Below are positions 43,201-64,000 of a stretch of DNA of 64,000 nt, in pieces (the first letter of the stretch is position 1; every line of letters begins with the position of its first letter). The position numbers and the translations under genes were made by a program. The DNA lies in the NCBI GenBank assembly GCA_003280965.1, contig QCDI01000004.1:1-64000 (forward strand), written 5' to 3'. This DNA is from Prochlorococcus sp. AG-355-B18. Its GTDB lineage: Bacteria; Cyanobacteriota; Cyanobacteriia; PCC-6307; Cyanobiaceae. The notes under the pieces were generated by a model. That model was not told where the DNA came from. It was given only the letters and a program-made list of their open reading frames with translations, and searched no databases.

Positions 43201-43609
43201 TTGCTTGAGATTGTGGACTATTAATATTGGGTTTATTGGGTTTTATAGATTGATTTGAAATTTTTTTAAGACTCTCGGGCTTATTAAGAGGTTTTATCAA
43301 TAATGGCTTTTTGTTTGAATTATCTTTAATTGGATCACCTTTTATAGAGGAAATAATCGGAGATTTATCTTTTTTGTTTTGTTTGTGATTATCTTTTTTA
43401 ATTGAAGGCTTATTTATTGAAAGTATTTTTTTATCTGTATTTTTTTTATTAATAAGATTTGTTATTTTTTTTGCTTCTTCTGTACTTAAAGAGCTGCTAT
43501 GGCTTTTTACTGAAATTGAAAGTTTTTGAGCTGCATCCAATATATCTTTGTTTTCCAGATTTAAGTCTCTGGAAAGTTCATAAATTCTGATTTTATCGCT
43601 GATAGTCAT
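40241..43609 (-). CDS. infB: Translation initiation factor IF-2
   Basis: [16 protein letters not shown], long low-complexity N-terminus. Confidence 0.98.
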   Translation of the reverse strand: MTISDKIRIYELSRDLNLENKDILDAAQKLSISVKSHSSSLSTEEAKKITNLINKKNTDKKILSINKPSIKKDNHKQNKKDKSPIISSIKGDPIKDNSNKKPLLIKPLNKPESLKKISNQSIKPNKPNINSPQSQANLKKQNINTNPLQNINQDKKTSLISATPPIKSPAKPPIQLIAKPKNINNNVKSNESSRKIYDSGNKRTLSNKPDKNTNKPKLKNNNRPNTPELVGAPIRREDSLKQNNKQNISFNQTPSNRSGSSNRPGMPNRPGLRNKPSDQGRPGSFNRQGNPNRPGSPNRPSMPNNRPGLRNKPSDQGRPGSFNRQGNPNRTGSPNRPGMPNNRPSSKFNGQNSSGIRKPVSPNELLQLQKNSNSEKDNLGKNNNAIQNIDAPKQKVKAPNSRPNATPSSKKPPHRAFSNSSKKPGKTDWDDSAKLEALRSKNPQKQRQKVHIIGENDDSLTSETSGYSGEKISILSASLARPKKEKSEETKSQKSIKQFKKKKKETTRQRQKRRAMELKAAKEAKQVRPEMIIVPEDNLTVQELADKLSLESSEIIKSLFFKGITATVTQSLDLATIETVAEEFGVPVLQDDIQEAAEKTVDMIESDDIDNLIRRPPVITVMGHVDHGKTSLLDSIRESRVASGEAGGITQHIGAYQVEFEHESQKKKLTFLDTPGHEAFTAMRARGTKVTDVAVLVVAADDGCRPQTLEAISHARAAKVPIVVAINKIDKEGASPERVKQELSEKDLIAEDWGGDTVMVPVSAIKKQNIEKLLEMILLVSEVEDLQANPDRFAKGTVIEAHLDKAKGPVATLLVQNGTLKSGDVLAAGSVLGKIRAMVDEHGNRIKEAGPSFPVEALGFSEVPTAGDEFEVYPDEKTGRAIVGDRATDARATKLAQQMASRRVSLSSLSTQANDGELKELNLILKADVQGSVEAILGSLEQLPKNEVQVRVLLSAPGEITETDIDLAAASGSVIIGFNTSLASGAKRAADANDVDIREYEVIYKLLEDIQLAMEGLLEPDLVEESLGKAEVRATFAVGKGAIAGCYIQTGKLQRNCSLRVIRSDKVIFEGNLDSLKRSKDDVKEVNTGFECGVGCDKFSSWNEGDIIEAFKFVTQKRTLTK
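42578..42835. repeat. 111-bp (37 aa) tandem duplication inside infB
   Basis: Units start at 42578, 42689 and (partial) 42800; [26 protein letters not shown] occurs twice. Confidence 0.9.
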
Positions 43610-43651
43610 TTAATCTGATTTGTACTCTTTTTAAAAAAGAATTTATTTTAA

Positions 43652-43933
43652 TTATATTCCTTTATTGGGATGGTCATTGTAGCTTGTAATTTCTTTTTCA
43701 AAAATTTCAATAAATTCAGGTTCTAAAAATGTTTTTAAAGCTTTTTGAAGCTTTTTTTTGATCTTGGAATCTGAGTAACATTTTGTAGACTTGCAAATGT
43801 AAGCTGATCTCCCCATTCCCTTTTGAAACATAATGCCTTCCTTATGATCTTTGGTAATCTTTAAAAGATCTTTTCTGTCATATGTTTTTCTACATGAAAT
43901 GCATACACGCATAACAGGGACTTGTTGTATCAC
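43652..43933 (-). CDS. ylxR: YlxR (DUF448) protein
   Basis: RVCISCRK, GRSAYIC; between nusA and infB. Confidence 0.88.
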   Translation of the reverse strand: MIQQVPVMRVCISCRKTYDRKDLLKITKDHKEGIMFQKGMGRSAYICKSTKCYSDSKIKKKLQKALKTFLEPEFIEIFEKEITSYNDHPNKGI

Positions 43934-45333
43934 CGTTTTTTATCCTCTTTGGCAGATATCTCAGTATCTTGAACACTCTCTAATGGATCATTATCTGTTA
44001 ATTCTTCTCCTTCGTATTGTTCCTCTCCATATTCTTCTTCATCTTCGGGAAGGGGATAAAGCTCTCTTAATCTTGCATCTTCTGCCGCACGCTCAGCTTG
44101 TTCTGCTTCTAATCTTAGTTCAGCTTCTCTCTGGAGATTTTCTTCTTCTTCCCTTTGAATGATTAATTCAGAGACTGCGGCATCTTCTGCTTCCTGATCG
44201 TATTCATGTGAGTTTTTAACGTCAATCTTCCAACCAGTTAATCTTGCGGCAAGTCTTACATTTTGACCTTCTCTACCAATTGCGAGACTTAATTGATCAG
44301 GTGGAACTAGTACATGCGCATGTTGCCCTGCTTGATCTACAAGTCTTACTTGATCGACTTTCGCAGGACTTAAAGAGTTTAAAATATACTGGATTGGATT
44401 AGATGACCATTTAATAACATCAATTTTTTCTCCTCTTAATTCATTTACTACTTGTTGAATTCTTGCTCCTCTAGCTCCAATACAGGCACCTACAGGGTCC
44501 ACTTCTTCTTCGACACTATCAACAGCTACTTTTGTTCTTGGCCCAACAGCTCTTGAAGGAGGGTTGGCTTCTCTTGAAACAGCAACAATTTTTACTGTGC
44601 CTTCTTGAATTTCCGGGACTTCATTTTCAAATAAATAAACCACTAAACCAGCATTTGCTCTACTTACAAAAAGTTGCGGCCCTTTTCTTGCAATTTCGCT
44701 AACTTCCTTCAAAAATACTTTGAAAGTTGCATTTGCTCTATAGTTATCATTTGGTAATTGATCTCTCTTGGGAAGTTCGGCCTCTACTTCAGGTCTACCA
44801 ATACCCGAACTAACTCCCATAATTACTGATTGTCTTTCAAATCTAATAACTCTTGCAGTTAAAACAGGATCTTCCAAATCTGCAAATTCTTCTTGGATCA
44901 TTTTTCGTTGTTGATCTCTTAATTTTTGGGCTAAAACTTGCTTTGTTGTTGAAGCAGCCATTCGCCCAAAATCCTCTTTTTCTGGAGTAACGTCTAAAAC
45001 AACTGTGTCGCCTATTTGCGCATCATCAGCTACTTGTTTAACTTCTACAAGAGATATTTGATGATCTTCGCTCTCAACTTCTTCAACAATTATTTTACTC
45101 GATAGTATCCTATAACCTTCTTCATCTAGATCTAGTCCAACATCAAAATTACTGAAATATTCTTCATCAAATGGATCTTGGTTAACTCCAATGTAAAAAG
45201 TTTTTCTATATTTTTCGTATCCTTTTAATAAAGCTTCGCGTAAGGCTAATTCCACGATATTAGGAGGTAACTTTTTTTCCTCGCTAATGTCTTCAATGAG
45301 ATTGTTTAAACCTGGGAGAATAACTAATGCCAT
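43930..45333 (-). CDS. nusA: Transcription factor NusA
   Basis: FGRMAA, VGACIGARGARI, AIGREGQNVRLA. Confidence 0.97.
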   Translation of the reverse strand: MALVILPGLNNLIEDISEEKKLPPNIVELALREALLKGYEKYRKTFYIGVNQDPFDEEYFSNFDVGLDLDEEGYRILSSKIIVEEVESEDHQISLVEVKQVADDAQIGDTVVLDVTPEKEDFGRMAASTTKQVLAQKLRDQQRKMIQEEFADLEDPVLTARVIRFERQSVIMGVSSGIGRPEVEAELPKRDQLPNDNYRANATFKVFLKEVSEIARKGPQLFVSRANAGLVVYLFENEVPEIQEGTVKIVAVSREANPPSRAVGPRTKVAVDSVEEEVDPVGACIGARGARIQQVVNELRGEKIDVIKWSSNPIQYILNSLSPAKVDQVRLVDQAGQHAHVLVPPDQLSLAIGREGQNVRLAARLTGWKIDVKNSHEYDQEAEDAAVSELIIQREEEENLQREAELRLEAEQAERAAEDARLRELYPLPEDEEEYGEEQYEGEELTDNDPLESVQDTEISAKEDKKR

Positions 45334-45367
45334 CTATGATGGGGATTTGAATAATGGTTGAAAATAA

Positions 45368-45835
45368 TTAATCTTTTAATGTACTAAGACTAATTTTTAG
45401 TACTTCATTAAAAGGGATTTTTTTAATCTTACCTTTTATGTTAATGGCTAAATAATCTTTAGACTTTTCATAAAGTAAACCATTCAGAAATTTTATTTTT
45501 GAATTCTTTTGGTTTAACTCAACATTAACTGGAAAACCTTTAAAAGTTTTGAAGTCTCTTTCTGAGGTTAGTTCATCACTGACCCCTTGACTACTAATTT
45601 CTAAGACATATGAACAATTTAAAAGATTTGATTTTTCTATTTCGTCAGATGCTGGGCTATTAAATAGCGCACAATCATCTAAGGAAATGTCATCCCCATC
45701 AGTTTTTCTTATAGTTATTTCAATAACAATTGGATTTTGATTAGTTTGTATATTTAAACCACAGATTTCTAAATCCCGCTCATTAGCAACTTTTTCTAAT
45801 AAAGCTTCTAGTTTACTTTTGTTTTCTTTATTCAA
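45368..45835 (-). CDS. rimP: Ribosome maturation factor RimP
   Basis: [15 protein letters not shown]; upstream of nusA. Confidence 0.92.
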   Translation of the reverse strand: MNKENKSKLEALLEKVANERDLEICGLNIQTNQNPIVIEITIRKTDGDDISLDDCALFNSPASDEIEKSNLLNCSYVLEISSQGVSDELTSERDFKTFKGFPVNVELNQKNSKIKFLNGLLYEKSKDYLAINIKGKIKKIPFNEVLKISLSTLKD

Positions 45836-45970
45836 ATTTATTTTTAAATTTATTTAAAATTTATTTTCACATATTAAGAAGTTTTTTCTATAGAAAAATT
45901 TAAAAATTTGCATTTTATGGATGTTAACAAAAAAACAACAATAATCTCTTTCTTCAATTAGATTTATTAA

Positions 45971-47125
<1,155 letters not shown>

Positions 47126-47172
47126 AGCACCCATTGAAATTTAATAATCTATAACAATTAGAGAAAAAGATT

Positions 47173-47886
47173 TTGGATTCACAAACTCAAATGAAACAAG
47201 TAGTTGCTGATGCAGCAATAAAGGAAGTAAAGAGTGACATGATTCTTGGATTAGGTTCTGGATCTACAGCTGCGTTAATGATAAAAAGCCTTGCGGATGA
47301 AATGCGTTCTGGGAAACTCCAAAATATAAGAGGTGTTGCAACTTCTTTTCAATCAGAAGTTTTAGCGCTTGAACTGGATATCCCACTTATCGATTTAGCT
47401 TCTGTATCTCAAATTGATCTTGCTATTGATGGAGCAGATGAAGTTGACCCAGGATTTCAATTAATAAAAGGAGGAGGAGCATGCCATGTTAGAGAAAAGT
47501 TAGTGGCATCTAAAGCTAATCAGTTGTTGATTGTTGTTGATGAAACTAAACTCGTACAAAATCTAAATCAATCTTTCCCTTTACCTGTAGAAGTTCTTCC
47601 AAATGCTTGGAAGCAAGTTCAGGAAGTCATTTCAGAAATGAATGGAAATTCTTCTTTAAGAATGGCTATTAAAAAAGCTGGCCCAGTTGTTACTGACCAA
47701 GGTAACCTCATCCTAGATGTATTATTTGATGATGGTATTAAGAATCCAAAAGACATTGAAATGAAGATTAATAATATTCCAGGAGTATTAGAAAATGGAT
47801 TATTCGTTGATCTTACAGACAAAGTTTTAGTTGGTAAAATTGAAGATAACATTCCGATGGTTTACTCACCCTCAAGAGCTAGCTAG
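47173..47886 (+). CDS. rpiA: Ribose-5-phosphate isomerase A
   Basis: GLGSGST, DGADEVD, IKGGG. Confidence 0.97.
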   Translation: MDSQTQMKQVVADAAIKEVKSDMILGLGSGSTAALMIKSLADEMRSGKLQNIRGVATSFQSEVLALELDIPLIDLASVSQIDLAIDGADEVDPGFQLIKGGGACHVREKLVASKANQLLIVVDETKLVQNLNQSFPLPVEVLPNAWKQVQEVISEMNGNSSLRMAIKKAGPVVTDQGNLILDVLFDDGIKNPKDIEMKINNIPGVLENGLFVDLTDKVLVGKIEDNIPMVYSPSRAS

Positions 47887-49169
47887 TCTTCAAATCTTAT
47901 TTCTACAGAGTTAGCGTGGCTATGTAATCCTTCACTTTTAGCAAGATTGATAATATCAAGGCTATTAATTTTTAAACTTTCTTCATTAAATTCTATTATT
48001 GAAGTATTTTTCATAAAAGTTTCAACCCCTAAAGAACCGCTAAATCTAGAATTTCCTGATGTGGGTAAAGTATGATTTGGTCCGGCAAGATAATCTCCAA
48101 CAGCTTCTGGCGTCCATTTTCCTAAAAATATCGCTCCTGCATTCTCTATACTTTCAAGAATTTTTTTTGAATCTATGGTAAGTATTTCTAGGTGTTCAGG
48201 GGCAAAGTTATTGCTTAGTTCAACACAGGATTCGTAATTCTCGCAAATCACAATTAACCCCCAATTTTTTATTGATTGCATGCAAATTTCTTTTCTTGGA
48301 TGATCATCTATTTTTTTATAAAGTTCTTCCAAAACTTCTTTTGCCTGGTTTTTTGATGTAGTTAAAAGTATTGATGAAGCTAAAGGATCATGTTCTGCTT
48401 GCGCTAGTAGATCAGATGCTATATGAGTGCTCTGAGCTGTTTCATCTGCAATGATTAATATTTCACTTGGACCAGCTAAAGAATCAATCCCTGTAGAGCC
48501 ATAAATGAGTTTTTTCGCAGTCGTAACATATATATTCCCTGGACCTGAAATGACATCAACTTTATTGATTTGACTTGTGCCAAATGCTAAAGCACCAATT
48601 GCTTGAGCTCCTCCAATTCTAAATACTTTATTGATCCCTGATAAGTAAGCTGCAGCTAAAACAGTTTTATTTATTTCCCCTTCTTTATTTCCAGGAGATA
48701 CCATTATAATTTCTTCTACTCCTGCTACTTTTGCAGGTATGGCATTCATCAATACTGTACTTGGATAAGCAGCTCTACCTCCAGGGATATAAATACCTGC
48801 ATTTTTAACTGGTCTCCATCTTCTTTGGACGATATCACCATATTCACCTTTTATGGTGAAAGATTGAGGAATTTCTTTTTCATGGAATTTTTGAATTCTT
48901 TCATGAGCTACCACAAGTGAGCGCTTCAAATTGTTATCGATTTCATCCCATGCATCTTTTAAATCATTTGCGCTAACTTGCATAGGGTTAGGGTCGAAAC
49001 CATCAAATTTTTTTGTATATTTTTCTACCGCTATATCTCCAGAAATTTTTACCTCTTGGATAATTTCTTCAACAATTCTCTTTATCTTATTATTGTTTTC
49101 TGAATTAGTTCGAGTAGAAATCCTTTTTAATTCTTCAATTGCTTCTTTTTTTTTATTTATGATCTTCAT
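47883..49169 (-). CDS. hisD: Histidinol dehydrogenase
   Basis: [28 protein letters not shown]. Confidence 0.97.
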   Translation of the reverse strand: MKIINKKKEAIEELKRISTRTNSENNNKIKRIVEEIIQEVKISGDIAVEKYTKKFDGFDPNPMQVSANDLKDAWDEIDNNLKRSLVVAHERIQKFHEKEIPQSFTIKGEYGDIVQRRWRPVKNAGIYIPGGRAAYPSTVLMNAIPAKVAGVEEIIMVSPGNKEGEINKTVLAAAYLSGINKVFRIGGAQAIGALAFGTSQINKVDVISGPGNIYVTTAKKLIYGSTGIDSLAGPSEILIIADETAQSTHIASDLLAQAEHDPLASSILLTTSKNQAKEVLEELYKKIDDHPRKEICMQSIKNWGLIVICENYESCVELSNNFAPEHLEILTIDSKKILESIENAGAIFLGKWTPEAVGDYLAGPNHTLPTSGNSRFSGSLGVETFMKNTSIIEFNEESLKINSLDIINLAKSEGLHSHANSVEIRFED

Positions 49170-49288
49170 TTGCTTAATTTTTCAAATAGAAAGGCACAAA
49201 ACCCAATTTAATATCTTCTAAATTATATATGATTGATTAGTAGTCGATGTATTTGTTATGATGAGGATCTTCTATTAATGAACCCTCT

Positions 49289-49582
49289 GTGGCCAACAAC
49301 AAATCAGCAAAAAAGAGAATACAAATTGCCGAAAGAAATCGTTTAATCAATAAATCTTACAAATCTACAGTAAGAACTTTGACAAAGAAAACTTTAGAAA
49401 ATTGTGAAAAATATAAAAAGGATCCTAATGAGGATAATAAAATTTTAGTGACAACAAGTCTTAATAAAGCTTTTAGTTTAATCGATAAAGCAGTTAAAAA
49501 AAATGTACTTCACAAGAATACAGGGGCTAATAAAAAATCAAAAATCAACAATTTTGTAAAAAATTCTCTCACCACTAAGTAA
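49289..49582 (+). CDS. rpsT: 30S ribosomal protein S20
   Basis: MANNKSAKKRI, IDKAVKKNVLHKN. Confidence 0.97.
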   Translation: MANNKSAKKRIQIAERNRLINKSYKSTVRTLTKKTLENCEKYKKDPNEDNKILVTTSLNKAFSLIDKAVKKNVLHKNTGANKKSKINNFVKNSLTTK

Positions 49583-49600
49583 AAAAGACAGATCATAATT

Positions 49601-50389
49601 ATGAGCGATATTGAACTCATAGACTCACACTGTCATTTAATATTTGAAAATTTTGAGAAAGATCTAGAAGACGTTGTTCTAAGATTGCGTTCAAGAGGTG
49701 TAAAAAAATTAGTTCATGCTTGTTGTGAATTATCAGAAATTCCTAAGTTAAAAAAATTATCCCATGAATTTAGTGAAATTTATTATTCAGTGGGTTTGCA
49801 TCCGCTAGAAGCAAATAAATGGGACCAAAGTTCTAAATCTCTTTTAAGAAGATCAGCTCAAGAAGATAGAAGAGTAGTTGCTATCGGGGAATTAGGCTTG
49901 GATTTTTTTAAAAGTGAAAATAAGACTCAGCAAATTGATGCTCTCATTCCCCAAATGGAGTTAGCTAGCGAACTTGAATTACCTGTAATTATCCATTGCA
50001 GAGATGCTGCTAATGAAATGATCGAAATATGTGATGATCTTTCTAAAAAAGGTAAATGCCCTAAAGGTGTTCTTCATTGTTGGACAGGAACCCCAACAGA
50101 AATGATGGAGTTCTTAGATCTTGGTTTTTATATCAGTTTTAGTGGAATAGTGACTTTCCCAAAAGCACAAGAAATTCATGAGTGCGCCAAACTTGTCCCT
50201 AGTGATAAATATTTAATTGAAACTGACGCACCATTTTTAGCCCCAGTACCGCATAGGGGAAAAAGAAATGAACCTTCATTTGTCGAAAATGTAGCTAATT
50301 TTATGGCACAATTAAGATCTACGGAATTAATTACAATTGCGAAAGAGTCATCTAAGAATGCTGAAGATTTGTTTAAATTTGACTTGTAA
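49601..50389 (+). CDS. tatD: TatD-family hydrolase
   Basis: DSHCH, GELGLD, ETDAP. Confidence 0.93.
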   Translation: MSDIELIDSHCHLIFENFEKDLEDVVLRLRSRGVKKLVHACCELSEIPKLKKLSHEFSEIYYSVGLHPLEANKWDQSSKSLLRRSAQEDRRVVAIGELGLDFFKSENKTQQIDALIPQMELASELELPVIIHCRDAANEMIEICDDLSKKGKCPKGVLHCWTGTPTEMMEFLDLGFYISFSGIVTFPKAQEIHECAKLVPSDKYLIETDAPFLAPVPHRGKRNEPSFVENVANFMAQLRSTELITIAKESSKNAEDLFKFDL

Positions 50390-50633
50390 TTTTAACACTA
50401 GAGCTGCTAATATAAGGAATTACTGGAATTTTTCTTAAATTTTTTGTTTTAACTTTTTCTGTTAAGGGTTTTCAAACCAATTAGCACAATTTTAATAGCT
50501 TTTTTATTGAATTGAATTTTTGTTGAAATCGAGATCTTATCCTTGGTTTCGTGTAAAAATAAAAGTTAAACAGTTAATTTTTGAGTAAATTTAAAGTAAA
50601 TAGTAAATCTCACATAATCTCAGGTTTTCTTGG

Positions 50634-55870
<5,237 letters not shown>

Positions 55871-55877
55871 TCTTTAA

Positions 55878-60005
<4,128 letters not shown>

Positions 60006-60035
60006 ATATTATCTAATATTCTTTTTAGTTACTAG

Positions 60036-60212
<177 letters not shown>

Positions 60213-60229
60213 AACCAGTTTTGAAATAA

Positions 60230-61297
<1,068 letters not shown>

Positions 61298-61335
61298 GAG
61301 AAATTTTTTAAAAGTCTATTAAACAGGTTATTATT

Positions 61336-61482
61336 GTGTTAATTAATTTTGAATCTTTGGGTTTTATCAAGACTAAAATTCTTCCTTTCGCTATTGTCGC
61401 ACTTTTTGGGATTGCCTTTTTAGCAGTCAGTGCAAGAATTTGGTTGCCAGGAGATATGATGTCGCCAGCCCCTATGAATTAA
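61336..61482 (+). CDS. Small single-TM protein (~41-48 aa), not in the ORF track
   Basis: ...KTKILPFAIVALFGIAFLAVSARIWLPGDMMSPAPMN*. Start is uncertain (GTG 61336 or TTG 61357). Confidence 0.7.
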   Translation: MLINFESLGFIKTKILPFAIVALFGIAFLAVSARIWLPGDMMSPAPMN

Positions 61483-61500
61483 TATTTTTCGTTTTAGAAA

Positions 61501-62268
61501 ATGACAAAAAATAAGGATCCTAACAAAGAAAGCTTAGCTGAAATTGCAGTTGACCCAGATGTTTTGGCCAGAGAATTGGCTTTAGAGATTGAAATAGATC
61601 CTTTAGAGCAAATTGATGAAGATAATTTTTCAAAAGGTTTAAATACAACTCAAGAGTGCAATGCAGCTTTAAAAATGCTTGAAGGTAACAGAGAAGAAAG
61701 AATACAGGGCTTAAGAATATTTTGTGAATATAGAGATCAAAGATCTTTCCCTCTTTTATTACCATTACTTGATCAACCTTGTCCTGTTGAAAGAATGAGT
61801 GCTGTATATGCTTTAGGCCGTAATCCATGTCCCAGTGCGGTCCAGAAACTTGTCAGTCTTTTGGAGACTGATGATAATGCGTATGTCAGAAGAGCTACTG
61901 CATGGAGCTTAGCTAATTATGATAACCAAATTGTTTTGAAGCCATTAATAAATGCTTTAAAAAATGATGTAGCTGCTGTAAGGCTATGGTCATCTAGTTC
62001 TTTAGCTGAAATTGGAAATGTTTCTTCCAAAAACGCTGAATTAGCAGCAGAACAGCTTTTAATAAGTTTAAAAATAGATAATGAATCAGGTGTCAGAAGT
62101 AATTGTATTTGGTCATTGTGTAGGTTGTTTGAAAAATTAGATAATACATTTCAAGAATGTTTCGTTGATGAATGTACCAAAATAGCTCTTTTCGATAAAG
62201 AGCCATCCGTTATGGAAGAGGCAAAAACCGCTCTAGATTCGATGGGGATGCAAGGTTTTTATAATTAA
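61501..62268 (+). CDS. HEAT-repeat (PBS lyase-like) protein
   Basis: Repeated VR..A..LG/A units. Confidence 0.88.
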   Translation: MTKNKDPNKESLAEIAVDPDVLARELALEIEIDPLEQIDEDNFSKGLNTTQECNAALKMLEGNREERIQGLRIFCEYRDQRSFPLLLPLLDQPCPVERMSAVYALGRNPCPSAVQKLVSLLETDDNAYVRRATAWSLANYDNQIVLKPLINALKNDVAAVRLWSSSSLAEIGNVSSKNAELAAEQLLISLKIDNESGVRSNCIWSLCRLFEKLDNTFQECFVDECTKIALFDKEPSVMEEAKTALDSMGMQGFYN

Positions 62269-62417
62269 GTAGCTTTAATTTTTTTTTAGGAAGCTATTGA
62301 AAAAATTTATTTATCAGATATTCAATATAAAAATTAAAATTAATTAACTTGTACCAACTGAAACAAAAAATTTTCGTTATTCTATATAAAGTAAAAAGTA
62401 CTTGGTACTTGAATTTA

Positions 62418-62633
62418 ATGCCTCAAAAAACATTGAGATTCAAAATTCATCAAGACGGTAGAGTTGAAGAGACTGTTGAGGGATTTACAGGTGATTCTTG
62501 TAATGAAGCTACAAAAAATCTCGAAGATGCTCTTGGTAAAGTAACAGTCAAGGCTAAAACATCTGATGCCTTCATCTCTAATCAAAATGAAAACTTAAAA
62601 CATTTTAACAAAGAATCTAATGTCACATTTTAG
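62418..62633 (+). CDS. DUF2997-like small protein
   Basis: MPQKTLRFKIHQDGRVEETVEGFTGDSC. ATG at 62418 preferred over the track's 62349. Confidence 0.8.
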   Translation: MPQKTLRFKIHQDGRVEETVEGFTGDSCNEATKNLEDALGKVTVKAKTSDAFISNQNENLKHFNKESNVTF

Positions 62634-63012
62634 TACTATTAAAACGCAGCTTAAAGAAGCAGAGCCATTAATTAAGGCTTTAGATAATCTAGGTTATATC
62701 ATTAATCAAGAAGAAAAGTTCGTTAAAGGCTATAGAGGTAAGTTTACAGCTGTTGATATAAGCATGAATTTACCTGGTGATACTGAAGTTGGATTTAAAT
62801 GGGACAATAATTCAAGTACTTATGAATTAGTGACAGATCTTGATTTATGGAAATTTGAGCTTCCGGTAGAAAGATTTATTTCTAAAGTTACTCAAATGTA
62901 TGCTTATCAAACAATTATTTCTAAAACAAAAGAGGATGGTTACCAAATAGTAGAACAAAAAAACCAAAATGACGGCTCAATCGAATTGGTCTTAACCAAG
63001 TGGGATAATTAA
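62620..63012 (+). CDS. ycf35: Ycf35 / DUF1257 protein
   Basis: MSHFSTIKT, YELVTDLDLW, TQMYAY. Confidence 0.85.
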   Translation: MSHFSTIKTQLKEAEPLIKALDNLGYIINQEEKFVKGYRGKFTAVDISMNLPGDTEVGFKWDNNSSTYELVTDLDLWKFELPVERFISKVTQMYAYQTIISKTKEDGYQIVEQKNQNDGSIELVLTKWDN

Positions 63013-63021
63013 TGTCGAATT

Positions 63022-63381
63022 ATGGATTTTACCGATCCATTTGATAATTTAGAAAAAAATATAGAAATTACAGGCTGGGAGCCTGTACTGGGAGGTCAAT
63101 TAGCTGAAAAAGCTGTATGGGTTGATGAAGCTAAATGTATTGGTTGTCAATACTGTGTACACGTTGCTTCAAATACTTTTTTAGTTGATGAGTTTCATGG
63201 CAGAAGCCGAGCAATAAGACAAGATGGAGATAGTGTTGATTTAATACAAGAAGCGATAGATACATGCCCTGTTGATTGTATTCACTGGGTCAAGTTTGAA
63301 GAATTGGATGATTTAGAGAATAGTCTTGATAGGGATATGTTTCAATCATTTGGAAAACCACCAAGAATGAATAAGCATTAA
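63022..63381 (+). CDS. Ferredoxin (Fe-S, Fer4-type)
   Basis: CIGCQYC...CPVDCI. Confidence 0.9.
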   Translation: MDFTDPFDNLEKNIEITGWEPVLGGQLAEKAVWVDEAKCIGCQYCVHVASNTFLVDEFHGRSRAIRQDGDSVDLIQEAIDTCPVDCIHWVKFEELDDLENSLDRDMFQSFGKPPRMNKH

Positions 63382-63391
63382 TTCCAAAAAG

Positions 63392-64000
63392 ATGCAATAT
63401 CGTAGGTTTGGCCGAACCAATCTTAAGATTCCTATTTTATCTTTGGGTGGTATGAGATTTCAAAAAAGTTGGGATCAATTAGATTTTTCTAAGATTTCAT
63501 ATCAAGAACAAAATAAAGTAGAAAATATATTAAATCTGGCAAACAAATATGGCTTAAATCATGTAGAAACAGCTAAGTACTATGGAACTTCTGAGGTGCA
63601 ATTAGGAATGGGTTTTAAAAATTCTAAAAATATCCCCAAAATAATTCAAACAAAGATTCCTCCAAACAGTGATCCAAAAATATTTGAGAGAGATGTTATG
63701 TCAAGTATTGAAAAATTGAAAGTTAAAAAAATTGATTTACTAGCAATACATGGCATTAACACAGTTGAACATTTACATCAGGCCATTAGAAATGGTGGTT
63801 GTATTGACATTTTGAGGAATTTGCAAAAAGCAAATCTAATTGGATCTATTGGATTTTCAACCCATGGAAAATCTTCGCTCATTGAGAAGGCTATTTCAAC
63901 AAACCTATTTGATTATGTAAATTTGCACTGGTATTACATTAATCAAGAAAATACAAAGGTTATAAATTTAGCAAAAAAGTATGATCTTGGGGTTTTTATA
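63392..64000 (+). CDS. Aldo/keto reductase, 3'-truncated by the window edge
   Basis: MQYRRFGRTNLKIPILSLGGMRF, HVETAKYYGTSE, IGFSTHG. Confidence 0.9.
   Translation, partial: MQYRRFGRTNLKIPILSLGGMRFQKSWDQLDFSKISYQEQNKVENILNLANKYGLNHVETAKYYGTSEVQLGMGFKNSKNIPKIIQTKIPPNSDPKIFERDVMSSIEKLKVKKIDLLAIHGINTVEHLHQAIRNGGCIDILRNLQKANLIGSIGFSTHGKSSLIEKAISTNLFDYVNLHWYYINQENTKVINLAKKYDLGVFI

Overview
AT-rich cyanobacterial chromosome segment. Gene content and order fit a high-light Prochlorococcus marinus (inferred, no database search run). From ~7.1 kb to the end it is ordinary core genome: HAD hydrolase, cbiG/cobJ, psaAB, psaIL, lipA, Fd-GOGAT, rpsL-rpsG-fusA-tuf-rpsJ, pheA, rnhB-rne, dapL, clpS, tRNA-Thr(CGT), rimP-nusA-ylxR-infB, htrA-like protease, rpiA, hisD, rpsT, tatD, rpoB-C1-C2, an hli gene, rlmN and others. 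Positions 1-~7080 are the right end of an integrative element resembling a tycheposon. It carries an AlpA-type excisionase, a tyrosine integrase, a small serine recombinase with a res-like site, a Zn-ribbon/GIY-YIG-like protein and two secreted repeat-protein cargo genes, and it ends in two tandem tRNA-Ser-3'-like att remnants. The most striking signal is compositional. By manual scan, 1-6878 contains no VGCB tetramer: each of the ~150 GC dinucleotides is TGC or GCA. The flanking core is full of AGCT/AGCC/GGCT, which suggests selection against a GC-centred nuclease or modification system. Also notable are a cargo gene bracketed by a 123-bp duplication of a small gene's 3' end, and a 218-bp gene-less unit between the two att sites.
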